Origin: Nemertoderma westbladi
Lineage: Eukaryota; Animalia; Xenacoelomorpha
Assembly: GCA_032718475.1 (NCBI GenBank)
Contig: JAUCBJ010006673.1
Span: 1-55,807, forward strand
DNA: 55,807 nucleotides
Reading direction: 5' to 3'
Both the position numbers and the translations under genes were made by a program. This document shows positions 43,089 through 53,318 of the stretch, piece by piece. The notes beneath the pieces were generated by a model. That model had not been told where the DNA came from. It was given only the letters and a program-made list of their open reading frames with translations, and searched no databases. The first letter of the stretch is position 1. Each line of letters opens with the position of its first letter.

Positions 43089-43865
43089 TTAATTGTTATT
43101 CTATACCTATTAGAAAATAAGACTCTTACACCTGATTATTCCCCTCATTTGGTATTGATATTGTTTATTGTTTTGGTTAGAAATAAAAGCCTGAGTCTGT
43201 AATTTGCTCCTTTCCCTAAATTATGGCCAATGTTCGCGTATCCTAGTGGGTAAACGCTATTCCTACACGTACTTGTAACCTGCTTCTTTACTAACCTTCC
43301 TGCAATTAGGTGTAGGTGTGTGTGTAGGCCTAGCGTTTAACCCCACACCCCCCGTTTTTTTGTTTGTTTGTTATTGTTTGTACAGGTACTGTTGTACTGT
43401 ACCGTATTGTCTACAATTCCCGTAGTTTGTAACCTATAATAGTCTGATAGTGTGTATCGAGTGGCGTCGGTTCTGTATATGTGGACAAACATTGCAGACA
43501 CAACAGCACAAGTTGCTCCATACCGCACCGCGTACTGGTACCCCTGTATGATGGATGAGGGTGGGTCAGGGTGGGTGGGCTGGGCGGTCCTGAGGGTATT
43601 GCAATTACATTGTATTTTAATTTAGGTGCTTATTACTGTACAGCAGTATCAATACAGTACAGCAGTACCGGTAGGCCTATTGCTAAATTAATTGCCCTGG
43701 CTGTAAAATATATTTTTACCTACCAGTTGCCGGTAGGCCCTATACAAGCACAAGTCCTACTACAACAGTACTCTGGTAGGCTACTAGAAGTAACAGTCTC
43801 ACAGTACCGGTACCGGTACCAGTAATGCTGGAATTCTGTAGGTCTAATGCTGTACTGTTTCCGAT

Positions 43866-46800
43866 ATGTCTAACGCGACTCAACTGCGAGTGGATCGCAC
43901 CTCTATATCGTCATCCACAGACGGCGCCCCCCATTCCCCCTCCAATGCGTCCCCACCGCCACCGCCCCCCTGCAACCCATCCCTTCTACGCCGGACTCGA
44001 GCCGTCGCAGTCTTCTCCCTTCTCACTGCTTCCACGCCGGTGCGACGCGCTTACGATTCTCTAACCACCGCCTCCAACCAATCCAACATCGATTTAAACA
44101 CGGTATGTTTCGAGCGGCTCGACTTTCTCGAGGTTGACGCTCTAGACGCGTTCTACAACGCCGACGTCGTTGTCGTAGATATGTCGGTGGCCTCGCAGCA
44201 CTCTGGACTATTCTACCATCTGGGATTCCGGGACAGTTTCCGTATGTCTACCAACAAGGTTATCTGTCTCTATTATAACACGGATCCCCAAGTTGCCCTC
44301 TCTCTCAAACTCTCCTGTGCCAACAGTAACTACACCTTCATACAATACGTTGCTGAGTCTGACTCTGTTTTCATAGACAACCCCTGCGGACTGCACCCAT
44401 ACGTACCAGGACCTACAGCACCTTCGCGTGGTAACAACGGCCCATCACCCTCGGCATGTAGTAACTGCGACAAATATAAACGTGATTCACTGTCCATCCA
44501 TCTACACAGGCTACTCAAAGACATTCAAGTTGCCTCCAGTATGAACGCTAAAGAATTCTTCCTTAATGATCTCCGTAAGGTTCGCGAAAACCTCTCGACG
44601 CAGCCGGTAGAGTTCTCTCGCGAATTGTCACGTTTAAAACGACGAATGGACGACCCCAAACTATTCAGTTGCGACACGGTCCTTCAGATGTTACTGACCT
44701 ACAGGGAGATCCAGGACTACCATGCTATGGTCCACTTTGTGGAGGACGTTGATAGAGCTTTGCCAGACAACCGGATCACCTCCATCGGATGCATAACGCA
44801 TCTGTTCGCGTTCGCATTAAACAGACGGAATTCCCCAGGGGATAGGCAGCGTTCGTTATCCGTTGTAACTAAGGCTCTGGAGACCAAGGAGAATCACTTC
44901 CCAGACATGTTGTGTCTTTGTGGCCGAATCTATAAGGATTTATTTATCGACTCCGAGTATTCCGACTTAGAATCTCTTAGTAACGCGATTCTCTGGTACC
45001 GTAAAGGGTTTGAGATTCAACCCAACGAGTATGCTGGGATTAATCTCGCCACTTTGTTGGTCGTCTCTGGGGAAGAATTCTCAAAGTGTCCAGAGTTACA
45101 GAGGATTGCTATGACGCTCAATAATCTTATAGGCCGACGAGGTAATCTGGATACGATAGAAGACTATTGGATCATCGCGACCTTCTTTGAGATCAGTCTG
45201 TTAGCTGATGACGTCGGTAAGGCTGTACAGGCTGCCGAGTGTATGTTTAAACTGAAACCGCCGACCTGGTTTATTACCTCTACTCTACGCAACGTAAAGT
45301 TAATCAACACCTACCAGGGGCAGTGCACGGGGGATCCCCCCACTACAGACTCACATCGCTCGCTACAATTCTACCTTGAATTCTTCGTAGAAGCCACGAA
45401 GTCTCCCGTCAGCTCTATCCGATTCCCAGTACTGGTTCTCGAACCAAATAAAGTCTACCTGCCTAGTTACGTTACGGTGAACCTTGAAGACAATGGCAGC
45501 GATAAATCCGTGCGATTGTGGCATGTAAATGGCGATGATGATTGGGTTTTCCACGCGGAGAGTATCAGAAGTATCAGTATCTATAAACGCGATCAGCGGT
45601 GTATCTTCTTGTATGTTCAACACAACGGCGACGACTTCCAGATATTCTTCCCATCCGAAGATCAATGTCGTTGTTTCTACGAGTTGGTTGTGGAGATGCT
45701 CTGTGTCTGCGGATGTTCGGCGGGCGTCGAAGGTGAAGAGGACGACGACGGCGGTGAGTCGGAGGTGGTTTACGATTACGAGTACGACGATTTGGGTAGG
45801 AGAGTTGTGTTGGGGCAGGGGAGTTTCGGTGTCGTTTACGCCGGGAGGACCGTAGACACGCAGATTCGTGTCGCCATAAAGGAGGTCCCCGAGAGGGACA
45901 GTGGCGATGTTCAACCCCTTCATGAAGAAATCCGTCTGCACAAACGATTGAGTCACAAGAACATAGTGAAGTATCTTGGTTCCATTTCCGATAACGGCGT
46001 CTTTAAGATCTTTATGGAGTGCGTGCCGGGCGGCAGTCTAGCGGAACTGCTGCGAAGGAAATGGGGTCCCTTGAAGGACAACGAACACACGATGTCCTTC
46101 TATACGCGGCAGATAGTAGAAGGATTGAAGTATCTCCACGAAAATAAGATAGTCCACCGAGACATTAAAGGCGATAATGTTTTAGTAAACACGTACAGCG
46201 GGCAGTTAAAGATATCGGATTTTGGTACTAGTAAACGTCTGGCGGGTATAAACCCGTGCGCTGATACCTTTACTGGTACTATGCAGTACATGGCGCCGGA
46301 GGTGATCGCCAAGGGGTTGAGGGGTCACGGTGCCCCCGCTGATATATGGAGTCTCGGGTGTACAATCGTTGAGATGGCAACGGGTAAGCCCCCGTTCATA
46401 GAGTTGGGTGCGCCATCCGTCGCTATGTTTAAGGTCGGGATGTACAAGATGCATCCGGACATACCGGACAGTTTGTCCGACATCTGTAAGGAGTTTATGT
46501 TGATGTGTTTCGAGCCGGTCCCAGAGTTGCGTCCGACCTCTGCCGATCTACTGGATCACGCCTTCCTCTACAAAGTAAAGGGCGGTCGGCGGTCCACGGG
46601 GCTGCATATACCGGCCAAACCGCCGTCAACGGAGCGGAGTATATCGCTCCCGCTAGGCGGCGCTGCGGCAGACAGTCCCGCACCTCATCCCATGTCTCAC
46701 TACATCGGGTCTCCCGTAGCGACTATAGCGGAGTCGCCCAGCCCGGAACGTCGTCGGGACAACCCCCAGACTCCGGACAGTGTCCCGGACACTCCGTCCG

Positions 46801-47771
46801 GATTCTATATGATCCGGAAGGAGAGCGAACGTCGGAACACCTTGCTGAAAGTGTTGACGGACGACGCGGGGTTGCTATGCGACCTGTGGACCGAGCGAAT
46901 CGAGCAGGAGAACTCCGAGGTCTTATCGTCACAACTACAGTCGGTCCTATTGGTGGGATTACGTGACTACATACGGGACGAAGACGCGACTAAGTTAACC
47001 AAATCGATTAAATCGTTTCGGGCTGAGTTGGTAGGTTTGGATGCGGCTCGGGTCGCCTTGTATCTACTGCACGAACCGGTCACTACTGTACTGCGGCGGC
47101 GCAATGTGCAGCCCCATTGGCTGTTCGCTATAGACACTCGGTTGCGGGGGGTTATCGAACTGGTGCTGGCTATGCTGGAAGACGAGGATGGAGGGATGGT
47201 TGACGGGTTAGACACTGTGCGTGATGGGTTACACCCTGGGGGAGGCGGGTTACACCCCGGGGGTGGAGGGTTGCACCCCGGGGGTGGGGGGTTGCAACAC
47301 CTTATTGACGACGAGGCTGGCGTGTCCTCTGGTGTGTCCACTCTCAGCTCGACCCAACCCCCTTTTACCCACCGAGCTCACGAGGCCGAGCTCCGTTCCC
47401 AGTACCAGAGACTGACCCAGGAACATTCTGTACTTCTTGGTGAACTCGTGTCGGTCCAGCAGTCCTTCAACCAGATGCTCCACTCAACCATCGCACACAC
47501 CCGTCATTGTATGAACGCTCTATCAGCACTGTCCACTGCCTCCCGTGCCCCCCAGACCAATGATAATCGTTTGGATGACGTGGCACTCGCTGATTGGTTA
47601 ATCTCGCTTGGCGTACCAGACTCGGCTATAGAAGCTTTCTCAGCGGAAGAATATAGTTTGGATGATGTAGTACACTTTGTTACGAGAGAGGATCTCAGAC
47701 ACATGAAGTTGTCTGGAGCAGTACAGTCCCGTATTTGGGATGCTATAATTCGTTTAAGACAATCCAAGTGA
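43866..47771 (+). CDS. ASK1: ASK1-family MAP kinase kinase kinase (MAP3K5/MAP3K15-like), intronless, 1301 aa
   Basis: N-terminal LDF..DAFYNADVVVVDMS..LFYHLGFRDSF domain and TPR region (FAFALNRRN..GDR, CLCGRIYKD, YAGINLATLL), followed by a PH-like region. Kinase domain has LGQGSFG, VAIKE, HRDIKGDN, DFGTSKRLAGINP and TFTGTMQYMAPE. Also the RSISLP 14-3-3 site, a coiled coil and a C-terminal SAM domain. An in-frame stop at 43845 precedes the ATG. Confidence 0.96.
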   Translation: MSNATQLRVDRTSISSSTDGAPHSPSNASPPPPPPCNPSLLRRTRAVAVFSLLTASTPVRRAYDSLTTASNQSNIDLNTVCFERLDFLEVDALDAFYNADVVVVDMSVASQHSGLFYHLGFRDSFRMSTNKVICLYYNTDPQVALSLKLSCANSNYTFIQYVAESDSVFIDNPCGLHPYVPGPTAPSRGNNGPSPSACSNCDKYKRDSLSIHLHRLLKDIQVASSMNAKEFFLNDLRKVRENLSTQPVEFSRELSRLKRRMDDPKLFSCDTVLQMLLTYREIQDYHAMVHFVEDVDRALPDNRITSIGCITHLFAFALNRRNSPGDRQRSLSVVTKALETKENHFPDMLCLCGRIYKDLFIDSEYSDLESLSNAILWYRKGFEIQPNEYAGINLATLLVVSGEEFSKCPELQRIAMTLNNLIGRRGNLDTIEDYWIIATFFEISLLADDVGKAVQAAECMFKLKPPTWFITSTLRNVKLINTYQGQCTGDPPTTDSHRSLQFYLEFFVEATKSPVSSIRFPVLVLEPNKVYLPSYVTVNLEDNGSDKSVRLWHVNGDDDWVFHAESIRSISIYKRDQRCIFLYVQHNGDDFQIFFPSEDQCRCFYELVVEMLCVCGCSAGVEGEEDDDGGESEVVYDYEYDDLGRRVVLGQGSFGVVYAGRTVDTQIRVAIKEVPERDSGDVQPLHEEIRLHKRLSHKNIVKYLGSISDNGVFKIFMECVPGGSLAELLRRKWGPLKDNEHTMSFYTRQIVEGLKYLHENKIVHRDIKGDNVLVNTYSGQLKISDFGTSKRLAGINPCADTFTGTMQYMAPEVIAKGLRGHGAPADIWSLGCTIVEMATGKPPFIELGAPSVAMFKVGMYKMHPDIPDSLSDICKEFMLMCFEPVPELRPTSADLLDHAFLYKVKGGRRSTGLHIPAKPPSTERSISLPLGGAAADSPAPHPMSHYIGSPVATIAESPSPERRRDNPQTPDSVPDTPSGFYMIRKESERRNTLLKVLTDDAGLLCDLWTERIEQENSEVLSSQLQSVLLVGLRDYIRDEDATKLTKSIKSFRAELVGLDAARVALYLLHEPVTTVLRRRNVQPHWLFAIDTRLRGVIELVLAMLEDEDGGMVDGLDTVRDGLHPGGGGLHPGGGGLHPGGGGLQHLIDDEAGVSSGVSTLSSTQPPFTHRAHEAELRSQYQRLTQEHSVLLGELVSVQQSFNQMLHSTIAHTRHCMNALSALSTASRAPQTNDNRLDDVALADWLISLGVPDSAIEAFSAEEYSLDDVVHFVTREDLRHMKLSGAVQSRIWDAIIRLRQSK

Positions 47772-47960
47772 TTTACAGCTAATTTATTTCAATCATTTAT
47801 TGTGATTTTAATTTGTAAATTATTAATATATTACTTACTTTGTATTTGTTGATGCTTTGCATTGTGCTTTATGTTTTAATTCACTAGCGCCCTCTCTTAA
47901 AATTATCATTTATTTGTTAGTTACAGTTTTTATTGATTTTTAAAAGATTCGCAGTAGTAA

Positions 47961-48018
47961 AATAAAGTGATAACTTGTATTGAGGCAATTCAACTTATCC
48001 TTTTTTTTGTATTGTGTG
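47961..48018 (+). terminator. Candidate polyadenylation signal of the ASK gene
   Basis: AATAAA at 47961-47966, 190 nt after the stop, followed by a U/GU-rich stretch ttttttttgtattgtgtg at 48001. Confidence 0.55.
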
Positions 48019-48802
48019 ACCAATCTTCCAAACAACATTTCAACCTGTTTCGCGGCTACTCAATTTCATTATAAAGTCTTAATTGTTTTACTCCAGCAAG
48101 ATTTAGGGTGGGAGGAGTTGGGGGTTGAGCTTTACCTTTTATAGGTTAAAAAATTCAAAAACCTTATTTTTGTCGACCATTAAAGCCCCTATACTTTGAC
48201 TGACAAACCAACAGACAGACAAGCATCTAGACAGACAGCATAACAAGATTTTCCGAACTCAAAACTGACATCAGAAATGAAATCGACGACCGCGAAAACC
48301 CCCGCAGTTAAAATTCCAGCGGTCTGTCAAGAAAGCATATATGCTTCCTTTCCTTAATAACATTCACGCCGCCATTTTTAATCAATTCGTTTGAAATTTT
48401 CAGTGAATGGTCTTGACATATTGACCAATAAAACTTGTAGACAGAATTTTGAGATAGTTACAATCCAAGGAGTTTTGGAGTAGTTACATTTTGAAAAATA
48501 CTACCAGTAAAATCTGAATGATATGGACGAAAATACAATTAAAAAAAAACGAAAATAGAATTTATAGGTATCTTCTGAAAGTCGGTTATCTAACTTACAC
48601 TTGGTTAAGTGTCTATTAATTTGGTTGCCATGGGAACTAGTACCTATTGTATTTCTATTTGGCCTCAATTTTGCACCTTACCCTATATAAGAAAGCTGTC
48701 AGTATTCCAATATGTTCCATATTTTGACAACTTATCAGCGAAATCATTTTAATCGGAATGCTGCAATGCGGATAAATTTGAAAATCTTACTGGTGTGCCG
48801 GC

Positions 48803-49000
48803 TTATCGGCAAAATTGCGCAGCCACAACGACCTTGGTACCCATGATTTTCGCGAGATTATCTGCATCTTCGAGGTCAGTGTTCATGGTGGATGCCCACA
48901 CCCAGTACCAACCATGCTTATTCACTCCATCATTGCGCCAAAGCACAAGATCGTGCACTGGCTGGTCCTCACGGCGACAGCAATGTCCTGCAACACATGC
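48803..49000 (-). mobile_element. Degenerate fragment resembling the C-terminus of an RTE-clade LINE ORF
   Basis: VAGHCCRREDQPVHDLVLW...TDLEDADNLAKIM resembles the xAGHCxR..P..xVLW...TGL..L...M C-terminal pattern of RTE elements (from recall). Confidence 0.45.
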
Positions 49001-49027
49001 TGACATGGAAAGTTTCCATAGCAACCA

Positions 49028-50247
49028 TCTATTCTTGGACCGGTACTATTTCTGATTTATATTAATGATATTACAGAATGTTCATCCATTCTAAATTTTG
49101 TTCTTTTTGCCGATGACACGAATATTTTCCACTCAGGATCTGTCTTAAATATACTCATTGATCAACTTAACAGCGAATTACTTAATATATATAAATGGCT
49201 TGCAACAAATAAACTATCCCTAAATTTAGATAAAACTAAGTTTATAATATTTTCTACTAAACAATACAGCTGGGCAAACCAACACATTTTGATTAACGGA
49301 AACTTAATCGAAAAAGTAAATGAAATGAAATTTCTTGGAATTATTATAAGTAGTGATTTAAAATGGAACAAGCATATTCAATACATACGACTAAAAATAG
49401 CTAAAAATGTGGGAATTCTTGGTAAACTTAAACATTTCATCCCGTACAAAATTCGCCTGACATTATACCACACACTGATCCGCCCATATCTCACATTCGC
49501 ACTTACGGTATGGGGCAATGGTGCCAGTTCAAATAGTACAGCTACAAATTCATTACTTATTTTACAAAAAAGGGCAATTCGCTACATACACTTAAAACAT
49601 TCACAATACCATACAGAGGAACTCATGAAAACCCAGAACGAATTAACACTATCTAATATATATAAATATCAATGTTTACTTTTCATGTACAAATCTATTA
49701 ATGGAAAACTAGATCTTCCAGAAAATTTAAAATCTATTTTAATAGTAAATCGACAGTTTCACAATTACAACACTCGTACATTGTACAATATTCATCTTCC
49801 TCTATATCGCAAATCATTAACTCAAACTGCAGTAACTTACCAAGGCCCACTATACTGGAATGACCTTCTCCCTGAAATACGCAGATCTCCTACATTAAAT
49901 CAATTCAAAAATAATCTCAAAAAAGGATTACTGACTTCCCAACACAAGGTAAACAAATAAAATACAGTATCTACTGTACATAAGCATAAATATTGTTCAA
50001 TAAGGAATAAACAAAGACTGCCGAACAGTGTAATACCAAAATACCAATGAGACATAACTTTATTATTTTATAAGCTTTTTAAGTGCCAAATAAGCTTGCT
50101 TCCGGCACCTTAACTAGCACGTTGGTACCAGGGGGGGGGGGGTAGTTTTTTTTTTTTTTTTTTTGTATATTAATTGCATGTTATAATTATTCACTAAACA
50201 TTATACAACGAATATTAAAGGCTTGGGCGGGCCGCTAAACCGTGCCT

Positions 50248-50277
<30 letters not shown>
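49028..50277 (+). mobile_element. 5'-truncated non-LTR retrotransposon (CR1/L2 group) with poly(A) tail
   Basis: Open frame from 49028: SILGPVLFLIYINDI..FADD (49106-17)..WLATNKLSLNLDKTK..KFLGIII..LKWNKHI, stop at 49960. 28-nt A run at 50252-79. Candidate TSD AACCA at 49023-27 and 50278-82. Confidence 0.92.
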
Positions 50278-50281
<4 letters not shown>

Positions 50282-50458
50282 AAATGAAGCGATATTTAGA
50301 CCAACAATATGATACTGGCTATTAGAAGATACAAATCGTATATTTTCGTTGATATTTCAACGAGTTAATCAAAAGTGAAATCGTATTCACCCTGTATTAT
50401 TATTATAAAAAAGGGCAGAGTAATTACTATTTACTTCAAGATACACTGAAGAGGTTCT

Positions 50459-50490
<32 letters not shown>

Positions 50491-50784
50491 TACAGATGGC
50501 GTCACACCTGCAATTCCTGTATAATATTGTCTAAAAACTGATCTGACATACCCCCCAGTAGGCCTAAGGTTGCACCGTACAGTTTGTAGAAAGTCAGCAA
50601 AATGAAAGTAAAGTGGTAGCTGACCTGTACCGGTAATGGGCCTACGCCTAACTCATACGTGTTACTACGCATACTCATATTTCAAAAATAAGTCATAAAA
50701 AAAGCCCGTAAACGGCCATTTGTCTTAGTTCGAGTCGATTACTACTGTATATATATATTAACGAATCACGCCATGGTGTCGGCA

Positions 50785-51825
50785 GATTCCCCGTACTTAG
50801 TTCCAATTTAAGCCTCATGCGAATTTAGTTCCAATGGAAACGAATTTAGTTCCAATTTTGGCGAATTTAGTTCCAATTTAGGCGAACTTAGTTCCAATAA
50901 CTAGAGAGAAACGAAAACGAACTTAGTTCCAATGCATGCGAACTTAGTTCCAATGTATGCGAACTTAGTTCCAATAGATGCGAATTTAGTTCCAAGGGAA
51001 GCGAATTTAGTTCCAATGTTTCAGGTGTGAGGCGAGCCACGTAGTTGGCGAAGAATCTGTTTAATGACACTATTTTAACTAACCCATAACGCCCAACCTC
51101 CTAACCAAAACTATCTTATCCCAAACAACGCCCAACCTCTTAACCCAAACAATTCAATTAAGTTCATTATATTTAATCATTTAAAATGATTATTCATTGT
51201 AAAAAACAATGCCTACGCTCTTAACCCAAACTACGCCCAACCTCCTAACCCAATCAACGCCCATCCACCTAAACCGAAACAACTGGTAAATATTGTAATT
51301 GATGTGAAAATGGCACAATGTGCATGACTTGAGTAGGCCTATATAATAATACTACAGACTCAGTCAGTCAGTATCAGTATACTCGCGAGTTGTTATTAAT
51401 ATATATTTCCAAATGTGTAATTATACATTTAATTCATTAATAATAATTCGTTGTTTAAAAATGACAGAAGGGTTTTACAATTATTTACAATTATTGTTGA
51501 CCCTGACCCACCCCAAATAGTGGCAATACGCAATAGGCTTCGCCTACTACGCCCTACGATTGAAACATTGACATTGTAACTAAGTTCGTAACCATTGGAA
51601 CTAAATTCGCTTCCATTGGAACTAAATTCGCTTCCATTGGAACTAAATTCGCATGCATTGGAACTAAATTCGCATGCATTGGAACTAAATTCACATCCAT
51701 TGGAACTAAATTCACATACATTGGAACTAAGTTAGTTTTGATATTCTGGGATTGGAACTAAGTTCGCCTCGATTGGAACTAAGTTCGCTTTGTAAACTTT
51801 ATTTTGGAACTAAATTCGTGCTACC
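50785..51825. mobile_element. Non-autonomous foldback/Mutator-like element with modular inverted repeats and a 9-bp TSD
   Basis: Left arm of ~20-bp gcgaaYttagttccaat.. repeats (50795-51017) and right arm of the inverse ..attggaactaaRttcgc (51575-51820). Flanked by identical gtgtcggca at 50776-84 and 51826-34. G...C termini. Confidence 0.85.
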
Positions 51826-52460
51826 GTGTCGGCACAGTAAAATAAGAAATAAAATATAATTAAATGCACAGCGCAGTATTTTAAAACAGATTAGATTTAA
51901 TTAAAGTAAATAAATAAAGGTCGGAGTTTAAAATAGGCAAACTAGGGGGTGGGGCAAAACAATGTTGCCCAGTGTCGAAGTGGCTCGTGGTTCGCGGTGC
52001 ACTCAGTGAGATTATAAAGTGTGGCGGTATCCCCATCAGACGGAACCTACAGTCAATGCCTGGGGCGTGATATCCCGTTGTACAACAAATTAAGTTGTGG
52101 AACACCCATGGCAACTAAAGCGGGTTGTCACGTGGCGTAGGGGTTGGTTAGACTCTGCCCAACTTCTGTTTGTAAAACCCGGTGATCGCCAGAATTCAGG
52201 AGTAATTTCGGCCATTTTAATCGCTTGGAGTTCGGCGTATTGTCGAGTCCATTACTGGCATAGGAATACTTATATAAGGAATTTGGTGAATAACCACAAA
52301 AGGCCAAATCTTGTGAAAATTAAATCTGAAAAAAAGGGGATTTCTCTATCTAAAGAATTAATGTTCAGGTTTTGGTGTGATATTCAGAATATAGGAACTT
52401 CAGAACTGTCAACGGCTGTTGTGTTTGATTATTTATTTATTGTTTGTATTATTATTACAG

Positions 52461-52629
52461 GCGGGTGGACTGCTATTACTTGGGCTGCGTACAATGGTTA
52501 TCTTCCGATCGCAGAGACCCTTGCACGTGGCTGCGTTTCATTGGATCTGAGGGATGTTCACAACGTAACACCTTTAATATGGGCCGCCGGAAGGGGTCAT
52601 TTCGCTCTAGTTCGATTTTTACTTGCGAG
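52461..52629 (+). CDS. KIDINS220: KIDINS220 exon 3 (ankyrin repeats)
   Basis: Acceptor ttattacag|GC. Translates GWTAITWAAYNGYLPIAETLARG..VTPLIWAAGRGHFALVRFLLA, matching Kidins220 IIWAAGRGH. Phase-2 donor AG|gtaagt at 52630. Confidence 0.92.
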
Positions 52630-52754
52630 GTAAGTTGCTGAGGGCGTTGCTAACGACAACGCCCTCGGAAATCAGTGTTAAATAATTTAAACAAACATAA
52701 TTTAATAGTTTAAATAATAATAACTTGTATTTATGTTTATAACGTCATAATGTG

Positions 52755-53153
52755 TAATTTACCACTGCCACTAATTTACCACTGCCACTAATTTACCACT
52801 GCCACTAATTTACCACTGCCACTAATTTACCACTGCCACTAATTTACCACTGCCACTAATTTACCACTGCCACTAATTTACCACTGCCACTAATTTACCA
52901 CTGCCACTAATTTACCACTGCCACTAATTTACCACTGCCACTAATTTACCACTGCCACTAATTTACCACTGCCACTAATTTTCCACTTCCACTAATTTAC
53001 CACTGCCACTAATTTACCACTGCCACTAATTTACCACTGCCACTAATTTACCACTGCCACTAATTTACCACTGCCACTAATTTACCATGCTGCCACTAAT
53101 TTACCACTGTCACTAATTTACCACTGCCACTAATTTACCACTGCCACTAATTT
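52755..53153. repeat. 17-bp minisatellite (taatttaccactgccac), ~23 copies, in KIDINS220 intron 3
   Basis: Near-perfect tandem copies visible directly. Confidence 0.97.
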
Positions 53154-53318
53154 TTATGAAATAATATTATTGTAGGTTGGAATGCTGTTGGGTATGTTGC
53201 AATAGAAGTTGGTTTCATGGGCAATATTATTAAGTAGGTCAGTAGATGGGGTAAATAAGTGAGTTATTATTAGCAAGTTATAATAATAGATACAAATCGA
53301 TTTGATTAATACTTTTAG

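Larger units (their letters stand above)
8384..52460 (+). other. KIDINS220 intron 2 (~44 kb, phase 1) containing the array, LINEs and the nested ASK gene
   Basis: GT at 8384 and ttattacAG at 52460. Joining gives DRKDI-G-GWTAITWAAYNG, matching Kidins220 EHRDMGGWTALMWACYKG without a gap. Confidence 0.85.

Noticed and set aside
43825-47767. Small alternative-frame and antisense ORFs overlapping ASK (and those over 53367-55701)
   Set aside because: Shadow ORFs expected in GC-rich coding sequence.
43841-47771. In-frame KIDINS220-ASK fusion protein via the acceptor at 43841
   Set aside because: Both phase-0 and phase-1 joins meet a TAA before or out of frame with the ASK ORF.
50252-50279. Poly(A) tail of an ASK retrocopy
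   Set aside because: It belongs to the LINE at 49028-50277 (own TSD) and lies 2.5 kb beyond the ASK stop.
50458-50496. (tagacag)n run resembling part of the 41-bp unit
   Set aside because: Short 7-mer microsatellite; the similarity is too brief to imply a relationship.
52097-52460. N-terminal part of the 178-aa ORF
   Set aside because: Only the part after the acceptor at 52460 resembles Kidins220; the rest is intron read in frame.
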